In this document: piece by piece, positions 8,810 through 18,111 of the stretch
Layout of the letters: each line of letters opens with the position of its first letter
How positions within the stretch are numbered: the first letter of the stretch is position 1
Assembly (NCBI GenBank): GCA_023259135.1
Contig: JAHFQX010000008.1
Span: 3,191-67,190, forward strand
Source of the DNA: Betaproteobacteria bacterium
GTDB lineage: Bacteria; Pseudomonadota; Gammaproteobacteria; Burkholderiales; JAHFQX01
Direction of reading: 5' to 3'
Length of the DNA stretch: 64,000 nt
Notes under the pieces: generated by a model
The model's input: the letters and a program-made list of their open reading frames with translations, nothing else
The model's database searches: none
What the model was told of the DNA's origin: nothing
Translations under genes and position numbers: made by a program

Positions 8810-9565
8810 TCAACCCTGGAACCGTCGCTCAATGTCGCGCCGCGCGGCCAGCAGGCGCTCGGCGTGTTCCGCAAGCCGTGCCTCCATCCTGGGGGCCGGC
8901 CCGGCCACCGCGATGCCCAGCAGTTCGTTATTGACGCAAACGGTAGCGGCAATCGCATTGGCGTCGGCGACATTTTCTCCCCGAGTCACATAATAGCCGC
9001 GCTGCCGGCTTTCCTGTAAATCCCGGATGAGCCGCTCCGGCGTGTCGAGGGTATTCGGCGTGATGGAGGGCAGCGGGTGTTTCGCCAGCCACTTCTGCAA
9101 CTCTTTCTCCGGCAGACTGCCGAGCACCGCTTTGCCGATGGAACTGGAGTGCATGGGCTTGCGGTCCCCGGCATAGGCGATATAACGAATAGTTTGAGGG
9201 CTTTCCTGGACGTCGAGATAAAGGATGATGTCCTTCTGTCGCTTGCCCATGATCACGGTTTCCTGGGTGTCGTCCCGCAGTTGCCCCAAGATCGGAGCGA
9301 CGCGCTCCAGCAGCGGATCATGGCTGGTGATGTGCTGGGCGACGTCGAGCAGTTTCCGGGTGGGATAGAGTTCCTTGCGCGGATTGGCGAAATAGAGGTA
9401 GCCGCGGCGCAGCAGGGCGCCCACGATGCTGTGGCAGGTGCTCACCGGGAGTCCGGCTTGCTTCGCCAGATCGGAGAGCGACAACGCCCGGCGGGTATCG
9501 CCGAACGCCTCGAGAACGTTAAGAATGCGGTCGGGAGAGCGAAGGGGTGTGCTTCGATTCGACAT
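8810..9565 (-). CDS. IclR-family transcriptional regulator
   Basis: 251 aa from ATG 9565 (track start 9955 trimmed). The N-terminal wHTH is RILNVLEAFGDTRRALSLSDLAKQAGLPVSTCHSIVGALLRRGYL. An IclR effector domain follows. Confidence 0.85.
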   Translation of the reverse strand: MSNRSTPLRSPDRILNVLEAFGDTRRALSLSDLAKQAGLPVSTCHSIVGALLRRGYLYFANPRKELYPTRKLLDVAQHITSHDPLLERVAPILGQLRDDTQETVIMGKRQKDIILYLDVQESPQTIRYIAYAGDRKPMHSSSIGKAVLGSLPEKELQKWLAKHPLPSITPNTLDTPERLIRDLQESRQRGYYVTRGENVADANAIAATVCVNNELLGIAVAGPAPRMEARLAEHAERLLAARRDIERRFQG

Positions 9566-10054
9566 AAAAACGCCTTTAGTCAAATGGCATCGGCGGCGCG
9601 GAACGGCGGAACGAATGGCAAGATCTTGCAGGCCGTTCGATCCCCGCGCCCCGCGGGGATTCCAACGCGTCGCTTCAGGCCGGTCTCCGGGCTCGAGAGT
9701 CTTGGCGCGCCGCCTTCCCATGGCGCAAGGCCACAGTGGCTGGATGACGCGCCCCCACTCTCCTACCGTTGCGGGGGCAGCACAGGCTTGATAATTACAA
9801 CCTGTTTCCCGTTTCATCCACGCCCCCGGATGGGGGAGCGGACACCTGAAATGACTATGATTATAGGGGAAGTTACCCTGGCCCGCCATCCGGGGGACAT
9901 TGCCGAATGCGCCATGAGCTTGGGGCTTGGCTGTTGGCTGGCAAGCCCAGGCCATTCAAAATACAATGCTTCTCCTCGGATCCGGGGCAGATCTGTAAGC
10001 CGTTGCTGAGCGAGGGCATTTTCGAGTCTCCACAACCGGAAAGGTTCATTTTAC

Positions 10055-10144
10055 GGAGGCATGGCAGAGCGGTTGAATGCACCTGACTTGAAATCAGGCA
10101 TGGGCGCAAGTCCATCGTGGGTTCGAATCCTACTGCCTCCGCCA
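10055..10144 (+). tRNA. tRNA-Ser (anticodon UGA), CCA encoded
   Basis: GGAGGCA...TGCCTCCGCCA acceptor stem, anticodon loop CTTGAAA, long variable arm, T-arm GGGTTCGAATCC. Confidence 0.9.
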
Positions 10145-10146
10145 AA

Positions 10147-10180
10147 CATCACAACGGCCCGTTCTCGGGCCGTTGTGATG
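10147..10180. terminator. Perfect 14-bp hairpin between tRNA-Ser and the convergent oxidoreductase gene
   Basis: CATCACAACGGCCC-gttctc-GGGCCGTTGTGATG. There is no clear U-tract on either side. Confidence 0.55.
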
Positions 10181-10252
10181 TGGGCAGGAGCGCTTCGCCC
10201 ACTTCTTCCAGAGACTCCGACAAGGGTTTGGGTTGGCCGTAGCATCGCCCAG

Positions 10253-11131
10253 CTACTCGGAATGAGCGGCCGCGGTGGCCAGGCCGGCATCCACGGTGGG
10301 ATAGTCGAGCCGGATTTTGAGCTCGGCTTTAATGCGGCGATTGCTCAGGCGCCGGGATTCTTCCATGAAGGACAGCAGGCTGGCGGGCAGCGCGGCGGGT
10401 GCGGCGGCGCGGGAAATGCGGGGCGGGCGGGGCAGGCCGAAATGATCGGCGACCCGGTCGAAATATTCGCCCATTTTCATTTCGCTGTCGTCGCAGGCGT
10501 TGTAGGCTCGGCCGGGGAGTCCGCGCCGTAGGGCGGCCAGGGCGATGCGGGCCAGGTCGTCGGCGTGGATGTGGTTGGTGTAGGGATCCTCGTCGGCGGC
10601 CAGCACCGGCGTGCCGCGACGCAGCCGCTCGACGGGCAGCCGGTTGGCGGCATAGATGCCCGGTGCCCGCAGCAGCGTGACGGTGACGCTGTTGCGCCGC
10701 CCCCAATTCCGCAGCCGCCGCTCGGCATCGGCGCGCCGTTGTGCCCGAGGCGTGCCCGGCCGCAGCTTGCGGGTCTCGGTCACCCATTCCCCGCCGCAGT
10801 CGCCGTAGACCCCGCTGGTGCTGATGTAGACCAGCCGCTGTGGTAGACTTTCCCCCTTGGAGAAGGCCGCCAGGAGCCGCGCCGTGCGTAGGTCGGCGTT
10901 TCCGGTGGCAGCGGGGGGAGCGAAGTGCAGCACCGCATCGGCCAACCCCGCCAACCGGTCCAAAGTGAGCGGCCGGTCCAGGTCGCCGGCAATGGGCACG
11001 ATGCCCAAGGCGCGCAAGCGGGGACGTTGTTCGGGATCGCGGGACAAGGCGTAAAGCCGGTAACGGCGATGCAGCGCCGACGCCGCCCGCAGCGCGACGT
11101 CTCCGCAGCCGATGATCAGCAGCCGTTTCAT
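10253..11131 (-). CDS. NAD(P)-binding SDR/epimerase-family oxidoreductase
   Basis: 292 aa. The N-terminal Rossmann motif is MKRLLIIGCGDVALRAA. The rest has an extended-SDR-like layout. Confidence 0.7.
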   Translation of the reverse strand: MKRLLIIGCGDVALRAASALHRRYRLYALSRDPEQRPRLRALGIVPIAGDLDRPLTLDRLAGLADAVLHFAPPAATGNADLRTARLLAAFSKGESLPQRLVYISTSGVYGDCGGEWVTETRKLRPGTPRAQRRADAERRLRNWGRRNSVTVTLLRAPGIYAANRLPVERLRRGTPVLAADEDPYTNHIHADDLARIALAALRRGLPGRAYNACDDSEMKMGEYFDRVADHFGLPRPPRISRAAAPAALPASLLSFMEESRRLSNRRIKAELKIRLDYPTVDAGLATAAAHSE

Positions 11132-11214
11132 GACCGGGCCATTATACGCAGGGTTGCCGGACTGCTCCGGCAGCTTGCCGATGGCTCGTTGAAATTTTGA
11201 GGAGGAGCCTGATT

Positions 11215-12243
11215 TTGTTTCAAGTCACCATCCAGCCCAGCGGTCACCGAATTACGGTGAATTCCGGGGAAGCCATACTGGATGCGGCGTTGCGCCAGAG
11301 CCTAACCCTGCCCTACGGCTGCCGGGACGGCGCTTGCGGCAGTTGCAAAGGCAAAATCGTCGCCGGCAACGTGGATTACGGCAGTTACCAGGAATCGGCG
11401 CTGACGGAGGCCGAAAAGCGGTTGGGCATGGCGCTGCTGTGCCAAGCCGTCCCCTTGACGGATCTGGTGGTGGAGGTTCGGGAAGTGTCTGCCGCCCAGG
11501 ATATCCAGCCTCGCATGCTGCCTTGCCGCGTGGAGAGCCTGACACGGGCGGCGGCTGACGTGATGATCATGCGCTTGCAACTTCCTGCCGGGGAGCGGCT
11601 CCAATTTCTGGCGGGTCAGTATCTGGACATCCTGCTCAAGGACGGCAAGCGCCGCAGCTTCTCCCTGGCAAATCCTCCCCACGCCGATGTTTTCTTGGAA
11701 TTGCATCTGCGGCAGATGGCGCCGGGAGGCTTCACCGAGCAGGTGTTTACTCGCATGAAGCAGCGGGACATCCTGCGCTTCGAGGGCCCCTTGGGCACTT
11801 TCTTCCTGCGGGAGGACAGCGACAAGCCCATCATTTTCGTCGCCAGCGGCACCGGCTTCGCTCCCATCAAGGCGATTATCGAGCACGCTTTCCATTTGGA
11901 GAGCCGCCGGCCCATGACGCTTTATTGGGGCGGGCGGACCTTGCCCGATCTCTACATGGCGGATTTGGCCGGCCGCTGGCAGGCGGAGCACGAGCATTTC
12001 AGCTTTATCCCGGTGTTGTCCGAAGCGCCCCCCGAGTCCCGGTGGCCGGGGCGTACCGGTCTGGTTCACCAGGCAGTGCTGGAGGATTTCGACGATTTGT
12101 CGGGCCATCAGGTGTACGTCTGCGGCAACCCCCTGATGGTGGAGGCCGCCCGGCGGGATTTCACGGCGCTGCGCGGTTTACCCGCCGAGGAACTTTATAG
12201 CGATCCTTTCACCCCGGCTCAGGACGGACCGGGGGCGAATTAG
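11215..12243 (+). CDS. 2Fe-2S ferredoxin fused to an FNR-type flavin reductase (CDP-6-deoxy-delta-3,4-glucoseen-reductase-like)
   Basis: Plant-type cluster motif CRDGACGSCKGKI...C, flavin motif RRSFSLAN, NAD motif FVASGTGFAPIKAI. The probable start is TTG 11215 after GAGGAGG (track start 11197). Confidence 0.8.
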   Translation: MFQVTIQPSGHRITVNSGEAILDAALRQSLTLPYGCRDGACGSCKGKIVAGNVDYGSYQESALTEAEKRLGMALLCQAVPLTDLVVEVREVSAAQDIQPRMLPCRVESLTRAAADVMIMRLQLPAGERLQFLAGQYLDILLKDGKRRSFSLANPPHADVFLELHLRQMAPGGFTEQVFTRMKQRDILRFEGPLGTFFLREDSDKPIIFVASGTGFAPIKAIIEHAFHLESRRPMTLYWGGRTLPDLYMADLAGRWQAEHEHFSFIPVLSEAPPESRWPGRTGLVHQAVLEDFDDLSGHQVYVCGNPLMVEAARRDFTALRGLPAEELYSDPFTPAQDGPGAN

Positions 12244-12273
12244 CGCCGATCGATAACAGCGGAGATAAGGGAT

Positions 12274-13071
12274 ATGTCTCAACAAGCGCAGGTGTTGGAA
12301 GGCAAAATCGCCATTGTGACTGGAGCCACGGCCTTTATCGGCAAGGCCGCGGCCGGAAAGCTGGCCAGCCAAGGGGCCACGGTGGTGGTGAACGGCCGCA
12401 ATCCCGAGGCGGGAGCCCGAGTGGTGGAGGAAATCGAAGCCCAGGGCGGCAAGGCGGTATTCGAGCGAGCCGATCTGATGGATCCGGCCCAGGTGCAGGC
12501 CATGGCGGACCGGGTGGCGGAGCGTCTCGGCCGCATCGACATCCTGGTGGCCAGCGGCGCCGGCGCCAGCACCGACTCTCCGTCCTTCCGATTGTTCAAA
12601 GACATGGAAATCGCCCATTTCGAGGCTTATATCCGAGCCCATTGGCTGACTCGGGTGTATGCCATCCGGGCGGTCTACCCTCACATGCGCAAGGCCGGCG
12701 GCGGCAAGATCGTGGCCATCGGCACCGATGCGGGGCGGGTGGCCACCGTCGGGGAATCCTTCATCGGCGGCGCCACCGGCGGCATGATGCAGATGTGCCG
12801 GGTGCTGGCGCGGGAGCTGGGGCGCGAAAACATCCGCGTCAATATGGTGGCCATGAGTTATATTTCCGATGCCGAGCCCCGCTGGCAAGAAGGCTCGGAG
12901 GCGCTCATGAAGAAGGGCGCGGGCATGCTGGAAGGACTCAAGAAGCGCATGCTGTTCGATGTGCGCTGCCAGGACATCGGCAACGCCGTGGCCTTTTTCG
13001 CCGGCCCCGAATCGGACGCCATCACTGGCCAGACTTTGAGCGTCAATGGCGGGCTGAGCACGCCGGGCTAA
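12274..13071 (+). CDS. Classical short-chain dehydrogenase/reductase
   Basis: 265 aa. IAIVTGATAFIGKAAA is the glycine-rich motif. The protein ends in the typical ITGQTLSVNGG. Confidence 0.85.
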   Translation: MSQQAQVLEGKIAIVTGATAFIGKAAAGKLASQGATVVVNGRNPEAGARVVEEIEAQGGKAVFERADLMDPAQVQAMADRVAERLGRIDILVASGAGASTDSPSFRLFKDMEIAHFEAYIRAHWLTRVYAIRAVYPHMRKAGGGKIVAIGTDAGRVATVGESFIGGATGGMMQMCRVLARELGRENIRVNMVAMSYISDAEPRWQEGSEALMKKGAGMLEGLKKRMLFDVRCQDIGNAVAFFAGPESDAITGQTLSVNGGLSTPG

Positions 13072-13142
13072 TTCCATTTCGGATAATCACCTGCCCACTT
13101 CGTCATTGACAGGGTGAGTCCGTAGTCATTACAGTGTTGGCC

Positions 13143-13493
13143 ATGCGACGACTTCTTGTGCTCCTCATGCTGTGTCTGCTCCCGCTCCAGATCTCCTGGG
13201 CCGCGGTAGCTGACTATTGCGAGCACGATCAGGACAAAGCCGCGCAGCACTTCGGCCATCACGACGACGAACACAAGGCATTTTCTACAAAATCCGACCC
13301 GGACAAACAGCCCGGGAAATTCAACCTCGGGCACGATCACTGCCATATGTCTAGCTTCTTGGGTTTCTTGAAAGAAGCCACTTTCCACGCCCCTGTCCTA
13401 CCCGCGCTGCCTCCGTTGCGGTGCGACGAACGGGCTTATTCTTCCCTCGCCCAGGATCGACCCGAACGCCCCAAGTGGCACGCTCTCGCCTGA
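13143..13493 (+). CDS. Secreted His-rich small protein (CzcI-like) leading the efflux cluster
   Basis: Signal peptide MRRLLVLLMLCLLPLQISWA, then YCEHDQDKAAQHFGHHDDEH and GHDHCHM. ATG 13143 is preferred over GTG 13134. The family assignment is from memory only. Confidence 0.5.
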   Translation: MRRLLVLLMLCLLPLQISWAAVADYCEHDQDKAAQHFGHHDDEHKAFSTKSDPDKQPGKFNLGHDHCHMSSFLGFLKEATFHAPVLPALPPLRCDERAYSSLAQDRPERPKWHALA

Positions 13494-13590
13494 TACGGCG
13501 GGACGGACGACGCTTCCCAAGCTAGCCGCGCTTTTTTAGCCTGCCCGGTTCCGTTTCGCCGGATTCATCCTTTCATTTTTGGAGAATTCG

Positions 13591-14733
13591 ATGCGAAGGC
13601 ATCTATTGCCGCTTGGGTTGGCGGCGCTGTTTTTCAACCCCGCTCTTGCGCAAACTCTCGCTGTCGCACCTGCTGGCCCAGCCGCAGCCGAAAGACCCGC
13701 CCAATTTCGTGTTTCGCAAAAGCAGATGCAGGCGCTCGGCATACAGACCACGCCCTTGCAGGATAAAGCCGATTCAGTGCGGCGGAATTTTCCCGCACAG
13801 GTGGTGGTGCCGCCGGATCGGGAGCAAGTAGTAAGCTCTCCGGTTGCCGGCCTTATCTCTCAAATCTTGGCGCAGCCGAATCAGATGGTGCGCCGTGGCG
13901 CGCCGCTAGTGCGGATCGCCAGTCCGGAACTGGGGCAGTTGCAATTGCAATTGCTGCAAGCGGCAGCGCGCGCGACTTTGGCGCGGCAAGCCGCCCTGCG
14001 CGAGCAAGCTTTGTTCGATGAAGGCATCATTCCGCAGCGCCGGGTGCAAGAAGCTCAAGCAGCCCTCAAGGAAGGCGAGGCCGCGCTGAGCCAAGCGAAA
14101 GCCGCCCTGCGCCTGAGCGGAATGCCCGCCGCGACCATTGAGCAGGTTGCGGCATCGGGCCGCCCGCAGGACAGCATCACGCTTCATGCAGCACGGGCGG
14201 GCGTGGTCACCCGCATCGAGGTCAAGCCCGGGCAGCGCGTCAATTCGGCCAGTGCACTGTTGCACATTGTGCAGATTGACCGCTTGTTGCTCGATATCCA
14301 GGTTCCGGTTGCCGAAGCCGGCAACTGGCAGTCCGGCAGCAAACTCAAGATCCAAGGGCACGAGATCGGCGCGCGGCTCGTCAGCGCTAGCCCGACCGTC
14401 GCGGCTAATAGCCAGACCGTGGCATTGCGAGCGGTCATTGAGGCAGGAGGCGCGAATGATCTGCGCCCAGGCGAGTTCGTCACGGTGGAAGTGCCGGCTG
14501 GTACTGTGCAAGGCGCATGGGAGGTCCCCCTTGCGGCTATCGCCCATGATGGAAAGCAAGCCTATCTCTTTGTTCGTACCGCAGAGGGTTTCGAGGCGCG
14601 ACCGGTCTCGGTGATAGCCAGCGCGGGCCAACGCGCGCGGGTTCAAGGCGGGATCAAAGCGGGAGAGCAGATCGCGATCAGCGGGGTCGTGGCGCTTAAG
14701 GGCGCATGGATGGGCGAGAAGGGAGCGGACTGA
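13591..14733 (+). CDS. RND efflux periplasmic adaptor (CusB/CzcB family)
   Basis: GGAGAA precedes ATG 13591. Signal peptide MRRHLLPLGLAALFFNPALA. Coiled-coil hairpin QLQLQLLQAAARA...ALKEGEAALSQAKAAL. Beta-barrel C-terminal half. Confidence 0.85.
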   Translation: MRRHLLPLGLAALFFNPALAQTLAVAPAGPAAAERPAQFRVSQKQMQALGIQTTPLQDKADSVRRNFPAQVVVPPDREQVVSSPVAGLISQILAQPNQMVRRGAPLVRIASPELGQLQLQLLQAAARATLARQAALREQALFDEGIIPQRRVQEAQAALKEGEAALSQAKAALRLSGMPAATIEQVAASGRPQDSITLHAARAGVVTRIEVKPGQRVNSASALLHIVQIDRLLLDIQVPVAEAGNWQSGSKLKIQGHEIGARLVSASPTVAANSQTVALRAVIEAGGANDLRPGEFVTVEVPAGTVQGAWEVPLAAIAHDGKQAYLFVRTAEGFEARPVSVIASAGQRARVQGGIKAGEQIAISGVVALKGAWMGEKGAD

Positions 14734-17700
14734 TGCTTGCGCGACTCATTCAATTCTCGCTATCGCAGCGCCTGTTCATGCTGCTGGCGACGCTTGTGGT
14801 CGCCGGCTTCGGCTGGCTGGCGTTCAAGCAACTGCCTATCGACGCCTTTCCGGACGTATCGAGCACACAGGTCAAAATCATCATGAAGGCGCCCGGCATG
14901 ACGCCGGAAGAGGTCGAAAGCCGTATCGCGGTGCCGATCGAAGTGGAAATGCTCGGCATCCCGAAGACCCGCATTCTGCGTTCGGTGACCAAGTACGGCC
15001 TAGTTGATGTGACCATCGATTTCGAGGATGGCACGGACATCTACTGGGCGCGGCAGCAAGTGAGCGAACGGCTGGGCGGTATTACGGATGATCTGCCGCC
15101 CGGCATCGGCGGCGGCATGGCGCCGATCACCACCCCGCTCGGCGAGATGTTCATGTTCACCGTCGAGGGAGGCGGTTTGTCGCTTGCGGAGCGGCGCAGC
15201 CTGCTCGACTGGGTGATACGGCCTGCGCTGCGCGCGGTTCCGGGGGTCGCCGATGTCAACGCGCTCGGTGGCGTTGTGCGCGCCTTTGAAGTGGTGCCTG
15301 ATCCGCTGCGCATGGCGGCAAGCGGCGTGAGTATGGCGCAACTCAAGGAAGCCATCGGAGCGAATAACCGCAACGACGGGGCGGGCCGGCTCGGCGAGGG
15401 CGACGAAGTCCTGTTGGTGCGCAGCGAAGGCAGCATTGCCGGGCTGGATGACCTGCGTGCGGTCGTGGTCACTACCCAAGGCGGCGTGCCGGTAAGACTC
15501 GGGAATCTGGCCGAAGTCAAGATCGGCACGCTGACCCGTAATGGGGTCGTCACGCAAAGCGGCAGGGAAGAAGCCGTCGAAGGGCTGGTGCTGGGCCTTG
15601 CGGGGACCAACGCCCAGCAGGTGGTGGAAGGCGTTCAGAAGAAGCTCGCTGAAGTCAAGCCAGCTCTGCCGAAGGGCGTGCAACTGAACGTGTTCTACAA
15701 TCGCGCCTCGCTGGTCGAGAAGGCGGTTGGCGCGGTGGCCGAGGCGTTGATCGAGGCGACCGTGATCGTTCTTATCTTGCTCGGGCTGTTTCTCGGCAAC
15801 CTGCGCGCGGCGGTCACGGTGGCGCTGGTGCTGCCCCTGGCCGCGCTGATTACGTTCATCCTGATGCGCGGATTCGGCATGTCGGCGAACCTGATGAGCC
15901 TGGGCGGACTGGCGATTGCCATCGGCATGTTGGTGGACGCCGCCGTGGTGGTGGTCGAGAACATCGTGCAGCACCTGGCGCATGATCCGACCGCCGGCAA
16001 GCTGCCAAGACTGCACCTGATCTATCGGGCAGTGCGCGAAGTAGCCGTGCCGGTTACCTCCGGCATTCTCATCATCATCACGGTGTTCCTGCCGCTGCTC
16101 ACGCTCCAGGGACTTGAGGGCAAGTTTTTTGTGCCGGTTGCGCTCGCCATCGTGTTCGCGCTTGGCGGCTCGCTGGTGCTGTCCCTGACCGTAATCCCAG
16201 TGCTTGCGTCCTATCTGTTGCGCGAGGTCAAGCACGAAGATCCATGGCTACCGCGCCAACTTTTGGCGCTTTACGAACCGGCGCTCGGCTGGGCGATGCA
16301 ACGCCAGCGCGCCGTCGCGGCGCTGGCCGTCGTCCTGCTCGTTGTGGCTGGCGTGGTGTATACCCAGGTCGGCAAGACTTTCATGCCGACGATGGACGAG
16401 GGCGACCTGATCGTGGGCATCGAGAAGTTGCCGTCGGTCAGCCTGGAGCAGACCGCCGCGCTTGACCTGAAGATACAACAAGCGATCATGCAGGCCGTCC
16501 CGGAAGTCCACGGTGCCGTCGCCCGCGCCGGCTCGGACGAGATCGGTCTCGATCCCATGGGCCTCAACCAGACCGACACCTATCTGCTGCTGAAGCCCCA
16601 AGGCCAGTGGCGCATGAAGAGCAAAGAAGCGCTGATGGACGAAGTGCGCAAGGTGCTCGACGAGTTGCCCGGCATCAAGTACAGCTTCACGCAGCCGATC
16701 GAGATGCGTGTTTCGGAAATGATTATCGGCGTGCGCGGCGATGTGGCGATCAAAATATTCGGTCCTGATCTCGACCAGCTTAACCGCTACGCAAGCCAGG
16801 TCGAAGCCATCCTGAAGATGGTGCCTGGCAATCAGGACGTCTATACGGTGCAGAACGACGGCGTGCAGTACCTGAGCGTCGCGGTCGACCGTCTGCAGGC
16901 CGGGCGGCTTGGTTTGAGCGTCGAAGAAATTCAAGACGCGCTGCGTACGCAAATCGAGGGGCAGCGTGCCGGCATCGTCATCGAAGGCAACCGCCGCACG
17001 CCGATCGTACTGCGTGGCGCTGAGTCTGTGCGCATGTCACCGTCTGACTTTGAGGCTATGCGCATCACCACCCAGGACGGCAGTACGGTCCCACTGAGCA
17101 GCGTCGCCACGCTGGAACGAGCCGCAGGCCCGGTCAAGATCGACCGCGAAATGGGCAATCGTTACAGCGTGGTGATTGCCCATGTCAGCGGTCGTGATCT
17201 GGTCGGCTTCGTCGAGGATGCCAAGGCGCAGGTCGCGCAAAAAATCCCGCTGTCTACGGGCTATCGCATGAGCTGGGGCGGTCAATTCGAGAACCAGCAA
17301 CGCGCGGCGGCGCGCCTGAGTGTCGTCGTTCCGGTCGCGCTCGGACTGGTTTTCGTCCTGCTGTTTTCGACCTTTGGCTCGATTCGCCAGGCGCTGCTTA
17401 TCCTGAGCAACATCCCGTTTGCCTTGGTGGGTGGCATTGTTGCGTTATGGCTCACCGGTGAATACCTCTCGGTTCCGGCATCGGTTGGCTTTATCGCGCT
17501 GCTGGGTATCGCGGTATTGAACGGCGTGGTGCTGGTCAGTTACTTCAACCAATTGCGCAGCGAAGGAATGGCATTGGCCGATGTGGTGGTCCAGGGCGCA
17601 AAGCGCCGCTTGCGCCCCGTCATGATGACCGCTTCCATCACGGCATTTGGATTGATCCCGCTGCTTTTTGCCACGGGACCCGGCTCGGAAATCCAGCGGC

Positions 17701-17816
17701 CGCTCGCCATTGTGGTGATCGGCGGCTTGATTACCGCTACGGCGCTCACGCTGCTGTTGTTGCCGATCCTGTACTTGCGCTTTGCCTTCACGAAACAGGA
17801 GGTCTCCCATGACTGA
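14733..17816 (+). CDS. Heavy-metal-efflux RND inner-membrane pump, CusA-like TM4 signature
   Basis: About 1027 aa from ATG 14733, which overlaps the adaptor stop as TGATG. The TM4 motif LAIAIGMLVDAAVVVVEN has the A-x5-D-x6-E pattern of the monovalent-cation type, not the D-x5-D-x6-E pattern of CzcA. Confidence 0.9.
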   Translation: MLARLIQFSLSQRLFMLLATLVVAGFGWLAFKQLPIDAFPDVSSTQVKIIMKAPGMTPEEVESRIAVPIEVEMLGIPKTRILRSVTKYGLVDVTIDFEDGTDIYWARQQVSERLGGITDDLPPGIGGGMAPITTPLGEMFMFTVEGGGLSLAERRSLLDWVIRPALRAVPGVADVNALGGVVRAFEVVPDPLRMAASGVSMAQLKEAIGANNRNDGAGRLGEGDEVLLVRSEGSIAGLDDLRAVVVTTQGGVPVRLGNLAEVKIGTLTRNGVVTQSGREEAVEGLVLGLAGTNAQQVVEGVQKKLAEVKPALPKGVQLNVFYNRASLVEKAVGAVAEALIEATVIVLILLGLFLGNLRAAVTVALVLPLAALITFILMRGFGMSANLMSLGGLAIAIGMLVDAAVVVVENIVQHLAHDPTAGKLPRLHLIYRAVREVAVPVTSGILIIITVFLPLLTLQGLEGKFFVPVALAIVFALGGSLVLSLTVIPVLASYLLREVKHEDPWLPRQLLALYEPALGWAMQRQRAVAALAVVLLVVAGVVYTQVGKTFMPTMDEGDLIVGIEKLPSVSLEQTAALDLKIQQAIMQAVPEVHGAVARAGSDEIGLDPMGLNQTDTYLLLKPQGQWRMKSKEALMDEVRKVLDELPGIKYSFTQPIEMRVSEMIIGVRGDVAIKIFGPDLDQLNRYASQVEAILKMVPGNQDVYTVQNDGVQYLSVAVDRLQAGRLGLSVEEIQDALRTQIEGQRAGIVIEGNRRTPIVLRGAESVRMSPSDFEAMRITTQDGSTVPLSSVATLERAAGPVKIDREMGNRYSVVIAHVSGRDLVGFVEDAKAQVAQKIPLSTGYRMSWGGQFENQQRAAARLSVVVPVALGLVFVLLFSTFGSIRQALLILSNIPFALVGGIVALWLTGEYLSVPASVGFIALLGIAVLNGVVLVSYFNQLRSEGMALADVVVQGAKRRLRPVMMTASITAFGLIPLLFATGPGSEIQRPLAIVVIGGLITATALTLLLLPILYLRFAFTKQEVSHD

Positions 17817-18111
17817 ACTGTGCCTGACACTGCTGTGCCCTTCCGCTGTCGAGGAGAAGCTGCTCGATGTACTCCTCATGCTGCCTAGCGTGAGCGTTTT
17901 CACCAGTATGCCCACGGCGGCGCACGGCTTGCACGCCGCGCGCCTCAGCCAGACCGAACAAGTGCTGGGTCGCGCAATTTCGACACAGGTGCAAGTGGTG
18001 TTCACGGAAGCCGACAAAGAGACGGTATTCGCAACGATTCAAGATCAATTTACCGGTACGGGCTTGCGCTATTGGCTCACGCCCGTCATAGAGGCAGGAG
18101 AATTCGAATGA
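17809..18111 (+). CDS. DUF3240-like small cytoplasmic protein embedded in the RND operon
   Basis: 100 aa, MTELCLTLLCPSAVEEKLLDVLLML...GLRYWLTPVIEAG, with no signal peptide. Its ATG overlaps the end of the pump gene by 8 nt. Its TGA overlaps the next ATG (ATGA). The family call is from memory of DUF3240. Confidence 0.6.
   Translation: MTELCLTLLCPSAVEEKLLDVLLMLPSVSVFTSMPTAAHGLHAARLSQTEQVLGRAISTQVQVVFTEADKETVFATIQDQFTGTGLRYWLTPVIEAGEFE

Noticed and set aside
9700-9790. Short resemblance to 4.5S/SRP RNA segments (AAGGC...GATGACGCG on the + strand; CCCGCAACG on the - strand).
   Set aside because: The invariant domain-IV core (GGTCAGGTCCGGAAGGAAGCAGCC-like, with a GGAA tetraloop) is absent on both strands. 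The matches are short enough to be chance in GC-rich DNA.
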